This document shows positions 23,524 through 34,341 of a stretch of 64,000 nt of DNA, piece after piece (position 1 is the stretch's first letter; each line of letters opens with the position of its first letter). The stretch covers positions 5,728,001 through 5,792,000 of the forward strand of contig OZ001293.3 of NCBI GenBank assembly GCA_963921275.4, read 5' to 3'. This DNA is from an uncultured Hormoscilla sp. GTDB taxonomy: Bacteria; Cyanobacteriota; Cyanobacteriia; Cyanobacteriales; Desertifilaceae. Both the position numbers and the translations under genes were made by a program. The notes under the pieces are model-generated. The model made no database searches. It was given only the letters and a program-made list of their open reading frames with translations, and had not been told where the DNA came from.

Positions 23524-24745
23524 TTAGTCAGCTAGCTTTAGGGAAGCTAGTGTTTGCAGGGAGTCAAGCACGCGGTTGATTTGATGCTTTTCTTGGTCGG
23601 TAATCTTGTTGGATAGAATAGCTGAGGTGAGCATCAGATGCTGCTCGCGCGATATCTGACCATTAGCCATGATGCTTTCGGTCATCTGTAAATAACTCAA
23701 GTTGCGACCTATAAAAATTGGATACAAAAAGCTATGATAAAGAGAATTATTTTCAACTCTAATCCCTTAGATGTAACAGCATGAATTGACTTGGGAAACA
23801 AATTTGTGATTCGACTAAAACAGGTTTCAACTTGTTTTCTTGTTACTTTTTGTATATATTCAAAACAAGAATATTCTTTTCTTTTTGAGTTCTTTTTTCG
23901 CAAAGGTTTTAACATTATACTTGACGACTCTTTTAGTAAATCCTCTAATTGATAATCATTATAAGCTTTATCTCCATAAACTATTGAATTTGATGGTAAG
24001 TCAAAGCCAAAAGATTGCAAAACTTTAATATCATTATAACTACCAGGATCTAGATAAAATTCTATTGGCTTTACATTTTTGTTTACCAACATATGAACTC
24101 TTAATCCATAAAAATAACGTTTTTTACTGGCAATATACCCTCGATATTCTTCCTTGTTATAAATTTGGCATCTATCAATCCTAATATTATCACATACTGG
24201 CACCGGGAAACTATCAAGAATATATTCTTGACCCGGATTGAGCTCTTTAAATGTTTGAGCTATAACTTGGAAGAAAAACATCCAAATTGGTTCGTCAATA
24301 TTGTGTAATCGACGATTGAACCTACTTTTACTTAACAGATTTTTTATATACTTGTGTTCGACCATAAATTGACAAGAGCGATCGTGGTGTCCTCCGAAAA
24401 AATATGCAGCAACTAATCCGACTGTCATCACTTCGGCATTGTTCATTTTTACTTGTGGATCTTCTTTTATATTTAACGCTTTTAGTAGCTCGTCACAAAG
24501 AACAAAAATTGTTGTAATCATATCTTCCATCATCTACATCCCCCAGCAATTAACTATTATTTTAGTACATTATAACCTATAAACAGCCAACCCGCCGTCT
24601 AGCACAAAAAAAATATAATTTTGTATCAAAAGCTACGAAATATCCCAAATATCTGTAAAGTCTAAGTGGGTAATTCATATTTTTTTTAATAGGTCGCAAC
24701 TTAGGTTAAATAGTCTAAACTGGGTTGGTTCTGAAGTCTTGGCAT
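23524..24745 (-). pseudogene. Small hypothetical protein (~68 aa) interrupted by IS982
   Basis: MPRLQNQPSLDYL joins QMTESIMANGQIS.. in frame after removing the IS and one TSD copy. Confidence 0.7.
23695..24706 (-). mobile_element. IS982-family element, copy 1 (intact 274-aa transposase 23709-24533)
   Basis: TIRs ACTCAAGTTGCGACCTAT / ATAGGTCGCAACTTAGGT, 6-bp TSD TAAATA, motifs DSFPVPVC, YFYG and GDKAY. Confidence 0.92.
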
Positions 24746-24832
24746 ACTTAAATAGTCGATCCTAATGGTAGGGAAGTTGTGCTAAGAAAAGTTTAATGAT
24801 TGTGGTAGGCGCGACAATGGAGGTAGTTGGCT

Positions 24833-25606
24833 ATGCAGGTTCACCGGTTGAAGGCCCTTTCTGATAATTATATCTTTTTGCTGTGCGACCCAGAGCAGCA
24901 GCAGGCGGCAGTTGTGGACCCGGCAGAGGCAACGCCAGTACTACGCTGTCTGCAAGAACTGGGGGCTGATTTAGTGGCGATTTTTAATACCCACCATCAT
25001 AGTGACCATGTGGGGGCAAACCGCCTGCTAATACAGCAGTTTCCCAATGTTTGCGTGTATGGAGGGGCCAAGGATAAAGGTAGAATTCCCGGACAGCAGG
25101 TGTTTTTGCAAGAGGGCGATCGGGTCCAGTTTGCTGGACGTACTGCCGAGGTGTTCTTTGTCCCCGGACATACCCGCGCTCATATAGCTTACTATTTTCC
25201 TGCCATAGCTGAGGCAGAAACTGGAGAATTATTCTGTGGCGATACCCTATTTGCCGGTGGTTGCGGCAGGTTATTTGAAGGTACGCCAACTCAAATGGTA
25301 GTATCTTTGAGCAAGTTGCGGGACTTACCGGATAATACCCGCGTCTGGTGCGCCCATGAATATACTCTGAAAAACCTCCAGTTTGCCTTGACTGTGGATA
25401 GTAATAACCCAGATCTACTAGATCGCCTTACCGCCATCAAAGCAGCCCGCCAGCAGCAGCAAGCGACAGTCCCCTCCCTATTGGGAGTCGAGAAAAAGAC
25501 AAATCCTTTTTTGCGTTGGGACCAACCGGCCCTGCAAGCAGCAGTCAAAGGCAACTCCCCAGTCCAGACCTTTGGGCGTCTGCGGGGCATGAAAGACCAG
25601 TTCTAG
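24833..25606 (+). CDS. gloB: Hydroxyacylglutathione hydrolase (glyoxalase II)
   Basis: [20 protein letters not shown] and CAHEYT motifs. Confidence 0.95.
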   Translation: MQVHRLKALSDNYIFLLCDPEQQQAAVVDPAEATPVLRCLQELGADLVAIFNTHHHSDHVGANRLLIQQFPNVCVYGGAKDKGRIPGQQVFLQEGDRVQFAGRTAEVFFVPGHTRAHIAYYFPAIAEAETGELFCGDTLFAGGCGRLFEGTPTQMVVSLSKLRDLPDNTRVWCAHEYTLKNLQFALTVDSNNPDLLDRLTAIKAARQQQQATVPSLLGVEKKTNPFLRWDQPALQAAVKGNSPVQTFGRLRGMKDQF

Positions 25607-25727
25607 CTCCAAAGTTGCACAGGTGCGACAAATTTGTTGCCGTGTCTCCTGGGTAGTACGAATAGTGCCCCCAGGAGACACAGCAGGATAGAACACTTTA
25701 CCATGAGATTACTGAGAAGAAAAGATT

Positions 25728-26186
25728 ATGGCCAAACGCATTCAAGTGGTTTTGAACCAAGATGCCAGAAAGTTAGGTAAGTCTGGCGACCTGGTGGAAG
25801 TGGCCCCAGGCTATGCCCGCAACTATCTGGTCCCGAAAAATATGGCTGTTCGCGCCACTAAAGGCGCGATCAAGCTTGTGGAGATCCGCAAGGAGAAAGA
25901 ACGTCAGCGTGTGTTGGCGGAGAAGGAACTGGCCCAGTCGCGCAAAATTGCCCTGGAAACGATCGGGCGTTTCACAGTTCGCAAGCAGGTAGGCGAAGGG
26001 GATGCGATCTTTGGTACGGTGACGGACCGGGAAGTGGTAGAGGTGATTCTGGAAGCTACTGGTCAGGAAATAGACCGCAGGGGCATTACTGTACCAGATA
26101 TTGGCAAGCTGGGCTTCTACACGGCTGAAATTAAATTGCATCCTGAAGTGACAGCCTCTGTAGAAATTCAGGTGGCACCCCTTTAG
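25728..26186 (+). CDS. rplI: 50S ribosomal protein L9
   Basis: [19 protein letters not shown] motif; lies upstream of dnaB. Confidence 0.97.
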   Translation: MAKRIQVVLNQDARKLGKSGDLVEVAPGYARNYLVPKNMAVRATKGAIKLVEIRKEKERQRVLAEKELAQSRKIALETIGRFTVRKQVGEGDAIFGTVTDREVVEVILEATGQEIDRRGITVPDIGKLGFYTAEIKLHPEVTASVEIQVAPL

Positions 26187-26247
26187 ATCAATAGTCAGTA
26201 GTTAAGCGACTACTGAGAATGAAAGTACCAAGATATGTAGCCAAACC

Positions 26248-26526
26248 CAATACCTCAAAGGATAGCAGAGAGCGAGATCGCTCCGATCGGGGAGATTGCT
26301 AGCCCTCCTGGCATCAGGCCGCTGCGCTAGCAAAGGAGGGTTAACTCAATTGAGCATAAGTTAACCGCGAAGTCCCCCCCACGCTGCGCGAAAAATCGCA
26401 ATAACTTAGAACTCGCAGATTATCAATGTACCAATCAAGTAAAGCCATTTCTTAAGTACAGCAAATTTTACTGGTACTTAATTTTTACGCAAGTCCCCAA
26501 CCTAGATCCAAAACCTTGAAGTATTG
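26248..26526. mobile_element. MITE with CAATAC termini
   Basis: CAATACCTCAAAGG...CCTTGAAGTATTG flanked by TAGCCAAACC/TGGCCAAACC (10-bp TSD, 1 mismatch); relative at 31564-31705. Confidence 0.7.
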
Positions 26527-26818
26527 TGGCCAAACCCACCTCTGGCCCCTCCCAAGAGGGGAACAAGAACAGCCTGGTTGAAGTTTGTTCTGGTACTTTC
26601 TTATTGAGAAATAGCCTTAGTGGTCAGTTGTCAATGGTCAATGGTCAGTTGTCAGTTGTATTAGAGGTAGGTGACCAGTTCACTGATAACTGGTGGCCAG
26701 TGCCCACATGCGCTGCGCGCACGCTGCGCGAACGACTGTCCAGGGCTGCGGGTACTTGGTGGATAGTGGGTACTTGGTGGATAATGGGTACTTGGTGGGC
26801 GGTGCCCACCCTACGACT

Positions 26819-29680
26819 ATGGTAGATGAACCAGATTTTCAAGAGGCAGGCGATCGCCTGCCTCCCCAAAACATCCAAGCAGAGGAAGATATCTTAGGAG
26901 GCATTCTCCTGGACCCGGAAGCTATCGGTCGGGTGGCAGATATCCTGCGTCCAGAGGCTTTTTCTCTGCAAGCTCATCAGCGCCTCTATCGCTGCGCCCT
27001 CACTCTCCAGAATGAAGGCAAACCAACGGATCTGACGACTGTCACTACCTGGCTGTCTGACCAAAACTGGCTCGGGTCGGTAGGGGGGATGAGCAAGTTG
27101 GCTCAACTGGTGGACCGTACTGTCAGTGCTGTCAATATTGACGAGTACGCGAAACTGGTGATGGACAAGTACCTGCGTCGCCAGTTGATTCAAGCTGGTC
27201 ATGATATTGTCGGGCTGGGGTTTGAGACTTCTACAGAGTTAGAAGTTGTGATGGACCGGGCCGAACAGAAGATTTTCGACCTGCGGACGGATCGTTTCCA
27301 GCAGGGTCTAGTTCCCATCTCCAAAACCCTGGTCGGTGCTTTTCAAGAAATTGAAATCCAAAATCAGGGGACAGCTTTACCGGGTATTCCCTGCGGTTTC
27401 TATGACTTGGATGAACTCACTGGGGGTTTTCAACGTTCTGATTTGATTATTGTGGCGGGTAGACCGTCCATGGGAAAATGTTTGGCGTCTAATGCGGTTA
27501 TATTGCTGGCAACTGGCGAAGTGGCTACCATTGCCGAAATATATCAGCGGCGTCAAGCCCAATTGCTGACTCTCGGGGAAGATAGAAAATTTGGCATCAC
27601 TTCACCATCTGCTTTTGTGGATGATGGCATCAAGCCTGTATTTCGCGTTCAAACTCGACTGGGACGGGTGGTTGAAACGACAATTACTCATCCTTTCTTA
27701 ACTATTAATGGATGGCAGCAGCTTGGGAAACTTAAAAGGGGCGATCGCATTGCGGTTCCTCGCCAGCTGGAAATTTTTGGTACAGAATCTATCCCTGAAT
27801 GTAGAATTAAGTTGTTAGCATACCTAATTGGGGATGGTTGCCTCACAGGTGCTTCACCCCAGTTTACGAACGGCAACCCCCGACTGCAAAAAGATTTTGT
27901 TCAAGCTGTCTCTTTGTTGCCAGGGCTAAAAGTTACTTATCAAACTTCACAGGGTAGGCGCACGCCCAGCCTTTATGTTACAGCTGATTTAGAATTAATT
28001 GCGAAAAACCGACAGCTTTTTGGCAGTAGTCTGCGCACAATTCTGCAGTCCAAATCGATATCCAATAAAAAACTGGCTCAAGCGGTGGGAGTCAGTGGGT
28101 CTTTGGTGTGTCTGTGGCAGCAAGGAGGCTGCGTACCGAATCAAGAAACCTTTAGTCAGCTATGCGAGTTTCTGCAAGTAGATCCCGAAAAACTTGCGCC
28201 TCATGGACTTGCCGCAATTAGTAAAAACAGCAAAAATACCCTGACGCTTTGGTTACAAGAATTAGGTCTGTGGGGCAAGAAAGCACATACTAAGACTGTC
28301 CCTCCAGTTGTTTTTAAGTTGAGGCGATCGCAGCTTGCTCTCTTCCTCAACCGTCTGTTTTCTACCGATGGATGGGCGACAGTATATTCAAGCGGTCAGC
28401 TGTGTCCCTCCTTTTGTGCGAATAGCGCATGCGCTGCGCGCACGCTACGCGATCCCGGGGGACACAGGTCGCAGGTGGGATATGCTACAGCTAGCGAGCA
28501 ACTGGCACGACAGGTACAACATCTTTTACTCCGGTTTGGCATTATTGCAGCTCTGAAAAAAAGGTCGGTTAAATACAAAGATACCCGCAAGCGTGCTTGG
28601 CAGCTAAATATTACTGACTCGAAATCAATCAGAACTTTTATCTGTGAAATTGGTATTTTTGGTAAGGAAGAGAACTTGTCCTTAGTGCAAGCAGCTTTAG
28701 CAGAGAGTCCGATGTGCGATGCGCGCGCTATACATGCACAGTGCAAAGAACATCGGGCTGGAATTAGGGGATACAGCAATATTCATGTTGGCAAACGGGC
28801 TTTATCGCGAGAGAGACTTCTAACATTGGCAAGGGCTTTAGATAATTGGCCCTTACAACAGTTAGCTACTTCTGATGTATGCTGGGATAAAATTGTCTCT
28901 ATAGTACCGGTTGGCTGGCAGCAGGTGTATGATTTGACGATTCCTGAGACGCACAATTTCGTTGCTAATGATATTTGCGTTCATAATACTAGCTTTGTTC
29001 TCAATATTGCTCGCTCTATTGCTGCCAAGCCAAAGCTGCCGATCGCTATCTTTAGTCTGGAAATGTCCTGCGAACAGTTGGTGATGCGTTTGCTATCTAG
29101 TGAGGCGAATATTGAAAGTAATCGCTTGCGATCGGGCCGCATCACTCAACTGGAGTGGGAACCTTTAAGTACTGCCCTGAGTACTCTCTCTGATTTGCCA
29201 ATTTTTATCGATGATACTCCTAATCAAACAGTAAGTCAGATGCGATCGCAAGCCCGCCGCTTGCAAGCCGAACAGGGTGGTGTTTTGGGTTTAATTTTGA
29301 TCGATTACTTGCAACTCATGGAAGGCGCTAGTGATAATCGAGTACAGGAGTTATCCCGCATTACCCGTCAACTCAAAGGTTTGGCCCGATCGCTGAATGT
29401 CCCTGTGATTACCCTTTCCCAGCTGTCTCGCGGTGTCGAATCTCGCAATAATAAACGCCCGATGATGTCTGATTTAAGGGAGTCTGGATCGATCGAGCAA
29501 GATAGCGATCTAATTTTGATGCTATATCGTGATGAATATTATAATCCTGATACCCCCGATCGCAACATTGCCGAAGTGATTATTACCAAACATCGCAATG
29601 GTCCCACTGGGATGGTAAAGCTATTGTTTGAGTCAAATCTGACTCGCTTTCGTAACCTCGCCCCTCGCGATCGTTCTTAA
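26819..29680 (+). CDS. dnaB: Replicative helicase DnaB with intein
   Basis: PPQNIQAE, GRPSMGK|T, IDYLQL and LRESGSIEQD motifs; likely start MVDEPDF. Confidence 0.96.
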   Translation: MVDEPDFQEAGDRLPPQNIQAEEDILGGILLDPEAIGRVADILRPEAFSLQAHQRLYRCALTLQNEGKPTDLTTVTTWLSDQNWLGSVGGMSKLAQLVDRTVSAVNIDEYAKLVMDKYLRRQLIQAGHDIVGLGFETSTELEVVMDRAEQKIFDLRTDRFQQGLVPISKTLVGAFQEIEIQNQGTALPGIPCGFYDLDELTGGFQRSDLIIVAGRPSMGKCLASNAVILLATGEVATIAEIYQRRQAQLLTLGEDRKFGITSPSAFVDDGIKPVFRVQTRLGRVVETTITHPFLTINGWQQLGKLKRGDRIAVPRQLEIFGTESIPECRIKLLAYLIGDGCLTGASPQFTNGNPRLQKDFVQAVSLLPGLKVTYQTSQGRRTPSLYVTADLELIAKNRQLFGSSLRTILQSKSISNKKLAQAVGVSGSLVCLWQQGGCVPNQETFSQLCEFLQVDPEKLAPHGLAAISKNSKNTLTLWLQELGLWGKKAHTKTVPPVVFKLRRSQLALFLNRLFSTDGWATVYSSGQLCPSFCANSACAARTLRDPGGHRSQVGYATASEQLARQVQHLLLRFGIIAALKKRSVKYKDTRKRAWQLNITDSKSIRTFICEIGIFGKEENLSLVQAALAESPMCDARAIHAQCKEHRAGIRGYSNIHVGKRALSRERLLTLARALDNWPLQQLATSDVCWDKIVSIVPVGWQQVYDLTIPETHNFVANDICVHNTSFVLNIARSIAAKPKLPIAIFSLEMSCEQLVMRLLSSEANIESNRLRSGRITQLEWEPLSTALSTLSDLPIFIDDTPNQTVSQMRSQARRLQAEQGGVLGLILIDYLQLMEGASDNRVQELSRITRQLKGLARSLNVPVITLSQLSRGVESRNNKRPMMSDLRESGSIEQDSDLILMLYRDEYYNPDTPDRNIAEVIITKHRNGPTGMVKLLFESNLTRFRNLAPRDRS
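27479..28987 (+). mobile_element. 503-aa intein in the DnaB P-loop with LAGLIDADG endonuclease motifs
   Basis: GK|CL...VYDLTIPETHNFVANDICVHN|T; block B TITHPF; LAYLIGDG and LFSTDG motifs. Confidence 0.93.
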
Positions 29681-29707
29681 TATCCTTCGCGAGGGACTTA
29701 ATTAATT

Positions 29708-30205
29708 CTAGCTGATGTTCAGCAGTTCGACATCAAAAATCAGAGTAGCATTGGGCGGAATTACCCCACCCGCACCACTAGGGCCGTAACCTAAATCTGA
29801 CGGGATAATTAATTGGCGGCGTCCGCCCACTTTCATCGTTCCTACTCCCTCATCCCAACCTGGGATTACCTGTCCCACACCGATTGTGAAGGAAAAAGGT
29901 TTGTTCCGATCGCGCGAACTGTCGAACTTAATACCATCCTCCAAGGTTCCGGTATAATGTACCGTAACTTTCTGACCTTTTTCGGGACTCGCCCCATCCC
30001 CTGGAGCGATCTCAATGTATTTTAACCCTGATGGGGTCGTCACTGCTTCGTCAAGATTAGACATATTACTTACTGTTTGAGTGATTCCAGCTTCGGGTAC
30101 ACTTGTTGTCTGCGCTCGATTAGTGCGATCGCCACTCAGCTGAGTAACTAACAGCACTATAGCGCAGACTACTATTACTGCTCCCGCGAGCAATATTGAG
30201 CGCAT
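29708..30205 (-). CDS. FKBP-type peptidyl-prolyl isomerase
   Basis: [19 protein letters not shown] and [13 protein letters not shown] motifs. Confidence 0.95.
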   Translation of the reverse strand: MRSILLAGAVIVVCAIVLLVTQLSGDRTNRAQTTSVPEAGITQTVSNMSNLDEAVTTPSGLKYIEIAPGDGASPEKGQKVTVHYTGTLEDGIKFDSSRDRNKPFSFTIGVGQVIPGWDEGVGTMKVGGRRQLIIPSDLGYGPSGAGGVIPPNATLIFDVELLNIS

Positions 30206-30400
30206 GATTCTCCTGTACTACCTAACATCAACTCCCTTTCGGTGTCTCCTGGATAGTGCGACTATGATGTCCCCCCGATGTCGGGTTTCGCCGTAGGGTT
30301 TCGGCGATGTCTGAGGGGTTGCCTGCGTTGCATCCCGATTTTTCCGGAACGGTAGACATCGAAGTGCGTCCGGGGGACATCAAGCTTCCAGGAGACACCG

Positions 30401-30727
30401 CTAACGCCAGAGTTTATTCTCTAAGTCTCGCACCTGACGCTCCAAACGGTCTAGACGCCCCCGCAACTCATCCATTTCTGATTGGCGCGATACTCCTAGA
30501 TCCATTAATATGTTACGCAGTTGTCGCTGCATCTGAGCGTCTAAGTTTCCCTGTTCTGACTTGAGTTGTTCCATCAACTCGTCTACCATGTTCTTGGCCT
30601 GTTCGGGATTTATTGTCCCATTTTTCACCCATTCGTCACTCACCTGCTTGATTTTCTCTGCTACCCTCACTGTCGTTCCTACCCCTAGTAACAGGATCTG
30701 CTTGAGAAAGTCATTGCTGCTATCCAT
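30401..30727 (-). CDS. Conserved coiled-coil (phasin-like) protein
   Basis: LKQILLLGVGT..G.I..EQAK..VDEL..EMDELRGRLDRLE pattern. Confidence 0.7.
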   Translation of the reverse strand: MDSSNDFLKQILLLGVGTTVRVAEKIKQVSDEWVKNGTINPEQAKNMVDELMEQLKSEQGNLDAQMQRQLRNILMDLGVSRQSEMDELRGRLDRLERQVRDLENKLWR

Positions 30728-31563
30728 AGTTTTGTCCCTTTTCCCGATCGCCGGTCTGACCACGGCTTATAAGTCAAGTCAATTTTAACCGATTGTCAAG
30801 GCTGTTGCCACCAGCGGGCGATCGCGCCCCAGTCCCCTTGTCCCCTTGCCCTTATCGTTGGCAGCCAGAGACTGCCAACGAGAGCTTGAGATTCTCGCGG
30901 AGAGCATATTCACCAGTCTGTGCCCCTCCGGTAGTGCGATTGCAATATCTCTTGGGTAGTGCGAGTAGCGATCCCAAGAGACATCGAGCGAGGTATCTCC
31001 TGGGTAGTGCTCCTAGGGGTCAGGAGATACCTCGCCCCTCGGGGCTGGTAACAGTTACCAAATTTCTTGAGGTATCTGAGCAAATATTAGTATAATGCCA
31101 TCGATAATGGGATGTAATTTATTTGCCGAGAGTGGGTATAATATAATGGCAAGCTCCATAAACGCCTATCGGAACGTGAAGTTGGGAAAGCATGTATGTA
31201 GCCTCTGCTACCAACTGAATAATTCTCAAGTCTTGCACTGACATTCTGAGTCGGCAATCTTTCAGTTGAGCGTGTCTTTAACTGGGGGCTAGAGGTCAAG
31301 GAATGAGCGATTTTTGAGCAATCTTTAAGGACTCAAACCAAGCGTAAGCGTTTCTAGTCAAGCAAAGTTACACCGTGGACTTGGGCATTTGCAGATTTTT
31401 GCCGTGGTTTGCCCATATATGCAGATGTTTTTAGAAGCGGCACAGTAGCCCTCTAACCCGGTCTTTTGGAAAAACAGGGTTTTGTAATTTAAGCATCTAT
31501 CCTCTCCCACTGGGAAGGAGATGATGCTATAGTTGATAGTAGACGATCGCAAGGGGCAGAGCT

Positions 31564-31705
31564 CAATACCTCTCGGTTAAGCAGGGAGCACCCGAGCAGG
31601 GAGCAGGGAGATTGCTTCGGGGGGGGTCTCCTCAATTTCCCATAAGTTGATCGCGGTTGTCCCCCTCTCGCAATGACTTCTAAAATACAAAACCTTGAAG
31701 TATTG
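31564..31705. mobile_element. MITE with CAATAC termini, shorter relative
   Basis: CAATACCTC...CCTTGAAGTATTG flanked by GGGCAGAGCT/GGGCAGAGCC. Confidence 0.7.
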
Positions 31706-31759
31706 GGGCAGAGCCTCATTACCGCTCGTTGGCAGCCAGAGACTGCCAACGAGATCGTA

Positions 31760-31900
31760 AAAATGAAATTGTTCGCCATATGGCCACCCAAGCTGGCATT
31801 TCCCTTCCCAGGGAAGATTTGATCGCGCCCTGGGCCACCCGCCATAATGGCAGAACGGGGCGATCGGCCAGACAATTTGTTGACTTTCTCCAAGCAGAGT
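31760..31900 (+). pseudogene. C-terminal remnant of a DUF815-like AAA+ ATPase
   Basis: WATRHNGRTGRSARQF resembles the DUF815 C-terminus; the rest of the gene is absent. Confidence 0.55.
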
Positions 31901-31968
31901 TGTCAGTTGATAGTTGTCAGTTGATAGTTGTTAGTTATTAGTTGTCAGTTGTTAGTTGTTAGTTGATA
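31899..31968. repeat. Heptamer short tandem repeats (STRR-like)
   Basis: TTGTCAG/TTGATAG/TTGTTAG runs; similar run at ~26622-26657. Confidence 0.85.
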
Positions 31969-32002
31969 ACCGCAATCATCATTCTAAATTCACCATTAAC
32001 AG

Positions 32003-32434
32003 ATGTCCTTCAAATATACCAGAACTGTTAGATTTGCCGATACTGATGCTGCTGGCGTTGTTTACTTTGCCAATGTCTTGAGTATGTGTCACGAAACCTA
32101 CGAAGCAGCCTTGGCCGCTGCTGGCATTGACCTGAAGTCCTTTTTCTCTAACCCAGCTACTGCTTTTCCCATTGTTCACACCAGTGTTGACTTGCACCGT
32201 CCGATCTGCTGCGGCGATCGCCTACTGATTCACCTCACTCTCCGGCAGCAGAGTGAGGATAACTTTGAACTAGCCTACCAAGTTCAACTGGCCGATCGCT
32301 TCGTCGCGATCGCCATCACCAAACATGTCTGCATCGATCCAGCTAGCAGAACCCGCCAACCCTTGCCAGCTGAGATCGAACAATTTCTGCAAAATTTATC
32401 TGAATTATGTATTAACGACTACAGCTTAATATAA
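32003..32434 (+). CDS. menI: DHNA-CoA thioesterase
   Basis: RTVRFADTDAAGVVYFAN hot-dog motif beside men genes. Confidence 0.85.
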   Translation: MSFKYTRTVRFADTDAAGVVYFANVLSMCHETYEAALAAAGIDLKSFFSNPATAFPIVHTSVDLHRPICCGDRLLIHLTLRQQSEDNFELAYQVQLADRFVAIAITKHVCIDPASRTRQPLPAEIEQFLQNLSELCINDYSLI

Positions 32435-32889
32435 TTTTAATATTTTAAGAGAAAATTAACATTCGGCGACTGGCTCCCGACAGCATCCGCCATCAGCGAC
32501 AATAAAAGGAAGAGAACATGAGAATAGAACAAGCTTTCGATCGGCAATTGCGACAGCGATGTCTCCTGTGTGCCGAGTCCCCTGGGACAAGAGTTCTGGC
32601 AGAGATATCGAAGGGATATTGGGATCGAGTGGACATATGCCAGCAAGGGAACGGGCGGATGCACTGGCGCTAGCATGGTCTAATCCCAATCTCGCCGCAG
32701 ACTCGGATACCATGTTTAAGCTGGTCTGGATCCTGTCTTCCAGTACCAGATTTAGCGACTTAGCCCGCATCTTAAACCAGACCCTACTGAGTTGGCCAAA
32801 AACGGAGAGCTGCTGCCAGCAACTAAGTCTTATGTAAAATATCTCTGGAAGTTGATAATCTGGAGTTCTCTGGCTACCGGTGAATGTTT

Positions 32890-34341
32890 TTAAGTTTGCA
32901 TCTTCGCCAAGGCAATTTGCCCCAGCAGTTCCCGGTTTACCTTACCCTGCCCATTGCGGGGTAAGCTGTCTACGGCGACCCAATGTTTAGGGCGTTTGTA
33001 CTTGCTTAATTTATCGGCGATCGCCCTTTGTAGCCGATCGATAGAAACGTGATCGGACTTGGGGACGTAGACAACTGTGACTACTTCACCCCATTGGACA
33101 TCAGGTAACCCGATCGCGCAGACATCACTCACCAACTCGGTTGCTAGCAATGCTGCTTCGACTTCAGCGGGAAAGACATTCTTTCCTCCGGTGATGATTT
33201 TGTGACTCTGACGTCCGACAATGTGCAAGTAACCCTGAGGATCGAAATAACCTATGTCATCCGTTCCCATGGAGAAGGCGGCCGATTGGGTTTCGATGTC
33301 TCCGCCATAGTAACCTAATGTTAGGGACTCAGCATCTATGGCGATCGCCCCAGTCTGGTTAACGTCCAGTCTTTCTCCATCCGGGCCAGTTATGGTAACT
33401 TGAGCATGGGGCAAAACCCGACCGCAACTGTTATTACCAGCCAGAAAATCTGCGGGTTTAAGAGTGACTATCCCAGATGCAGTTTCGGTCATCCCGTAGG
33501 TAAGGGCTAAGGGAATATTGTAGTTTCTAGCAGTTGACAGCAGAGAGTCCCAAGCAGGGGCCCCCCCCAAGAGAACAGTTTCAAACCGAGATAACCAACT
33601 ACTATGTTTTTCTAGCAATCTTTGCAGCTGGGTGGGTACGAGAGAAATAAAGAAATTAGTTACATCATTATTGCCGTCACCCGGGATCGACTTAAATGGC
33701 CGAATTACTAGCTTCCCGCCGGTAGTAAAGGAACGCAGGCACTGCATTAAGCCGCTGACGTGATCTAGGGGTAAGACACAGAAAGAATTAATCGCCGTTT
33801 TCCCAAAATACTGTTGAAATCCTTTCACAGATGCCATCAAGGTTTCCCAAGTATGGATGGCAAAGCGAATCTTTCCAGATGAACCCCCCGTGGGAATCAT
33901 GATTTGCACGGCTGGCGCCGCGCTGCCGCGAATGCGCTGCGCGCACGCTACGCGAACAGAAATCAGATCATTTTCAAAGCCCGCGCAGGCGGGCTTCGTT
34001 CCTGTAGCCCCACCCTTTAGGGTAGGGGTGGGGAATGGAAAAGAAGGTGGTTGTCCTAAGATTAGGTCGGGTTGAACGAGGTAAAATACTTGCTGCCATT
34101 CTTGTTCCACCCAATGGGGGTTACATAAAAAAACGGGACAATTAGCTGCCACCGCAGCAATGAACCCAGCTATAAATTTAACAGGTTCTGCTTCAGCTAG
34201 TAGAATAACAGGTGGTTTATCCTGCTGGGCGAATTTCTCGAATAACTCCTGACTTAGCTGAGTGAATTGGTGAGAGTTATCACTTATCAACCAATGATCG
34301 ACCAGACGCTTTTGCCACAGTTCCTTTAATGATTGTCCCAT
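32890..34341 (-). CDS. menE: o-succinylbenzoate-CoA ligase
   Basis: TGGSSG, YGMTET and IITGG.NVFP.EVE motifs; in-frame repeat inserts at ~33908-34032. Confidence 0.9.
   Translation of the reverse strand: MGQSLKELWQKRLVDHWLISDNSHQFTQLSQELFEKFAQQDKPPVILLAEAEPVKFIAGFIAAVAANCPVFLCNPHWVEQEWQQVFYLVQPDLILGQPPSFPFPTPTLKGGATGTKPACAGFENDLISVRVACAQRIRGSAAPAVQIMIPTGGSSGKIRFAIHTWETLMASVKGFQQYFGKTAINSFCVLPLDHVSGLMQCLRSFTTGGKLVIRPFKSIPGDGNNDVTNFFISLVPTQLQRLLEKHSSWLSRFETVLLGGAPAWDSLLSTARNYNIPLALTYGMTETASGIVTLKPADFLAGNNSCGRVLPHAQVTITGPDGERLDVNQTGAIAIDAESLTLGYYGGDIETQSAAFSMGTDDIGYFDPQGYLHIVGRQSHKIITGGKNVFPAEVEAALLATELVSDVCAIGLPDVQWGEVVTVVYVPKSDHVSIDRLQRAIADKLSKYKRPKHWVAVDSLPRNGQGKVNRELLGQIALAKMQT

Noticed and set aside
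23017..23524. Two short minus-strand ORFs
   Set aside because: Only a weak DFVG..DYYRF resemblance to secreted-protein domains; not enough to assign.
26693..26818. N-terminal extension of DnaB
   Set aside because: Made of repeats (micro-element, 18-bp tandem, REP); ATG 26819 fits better.
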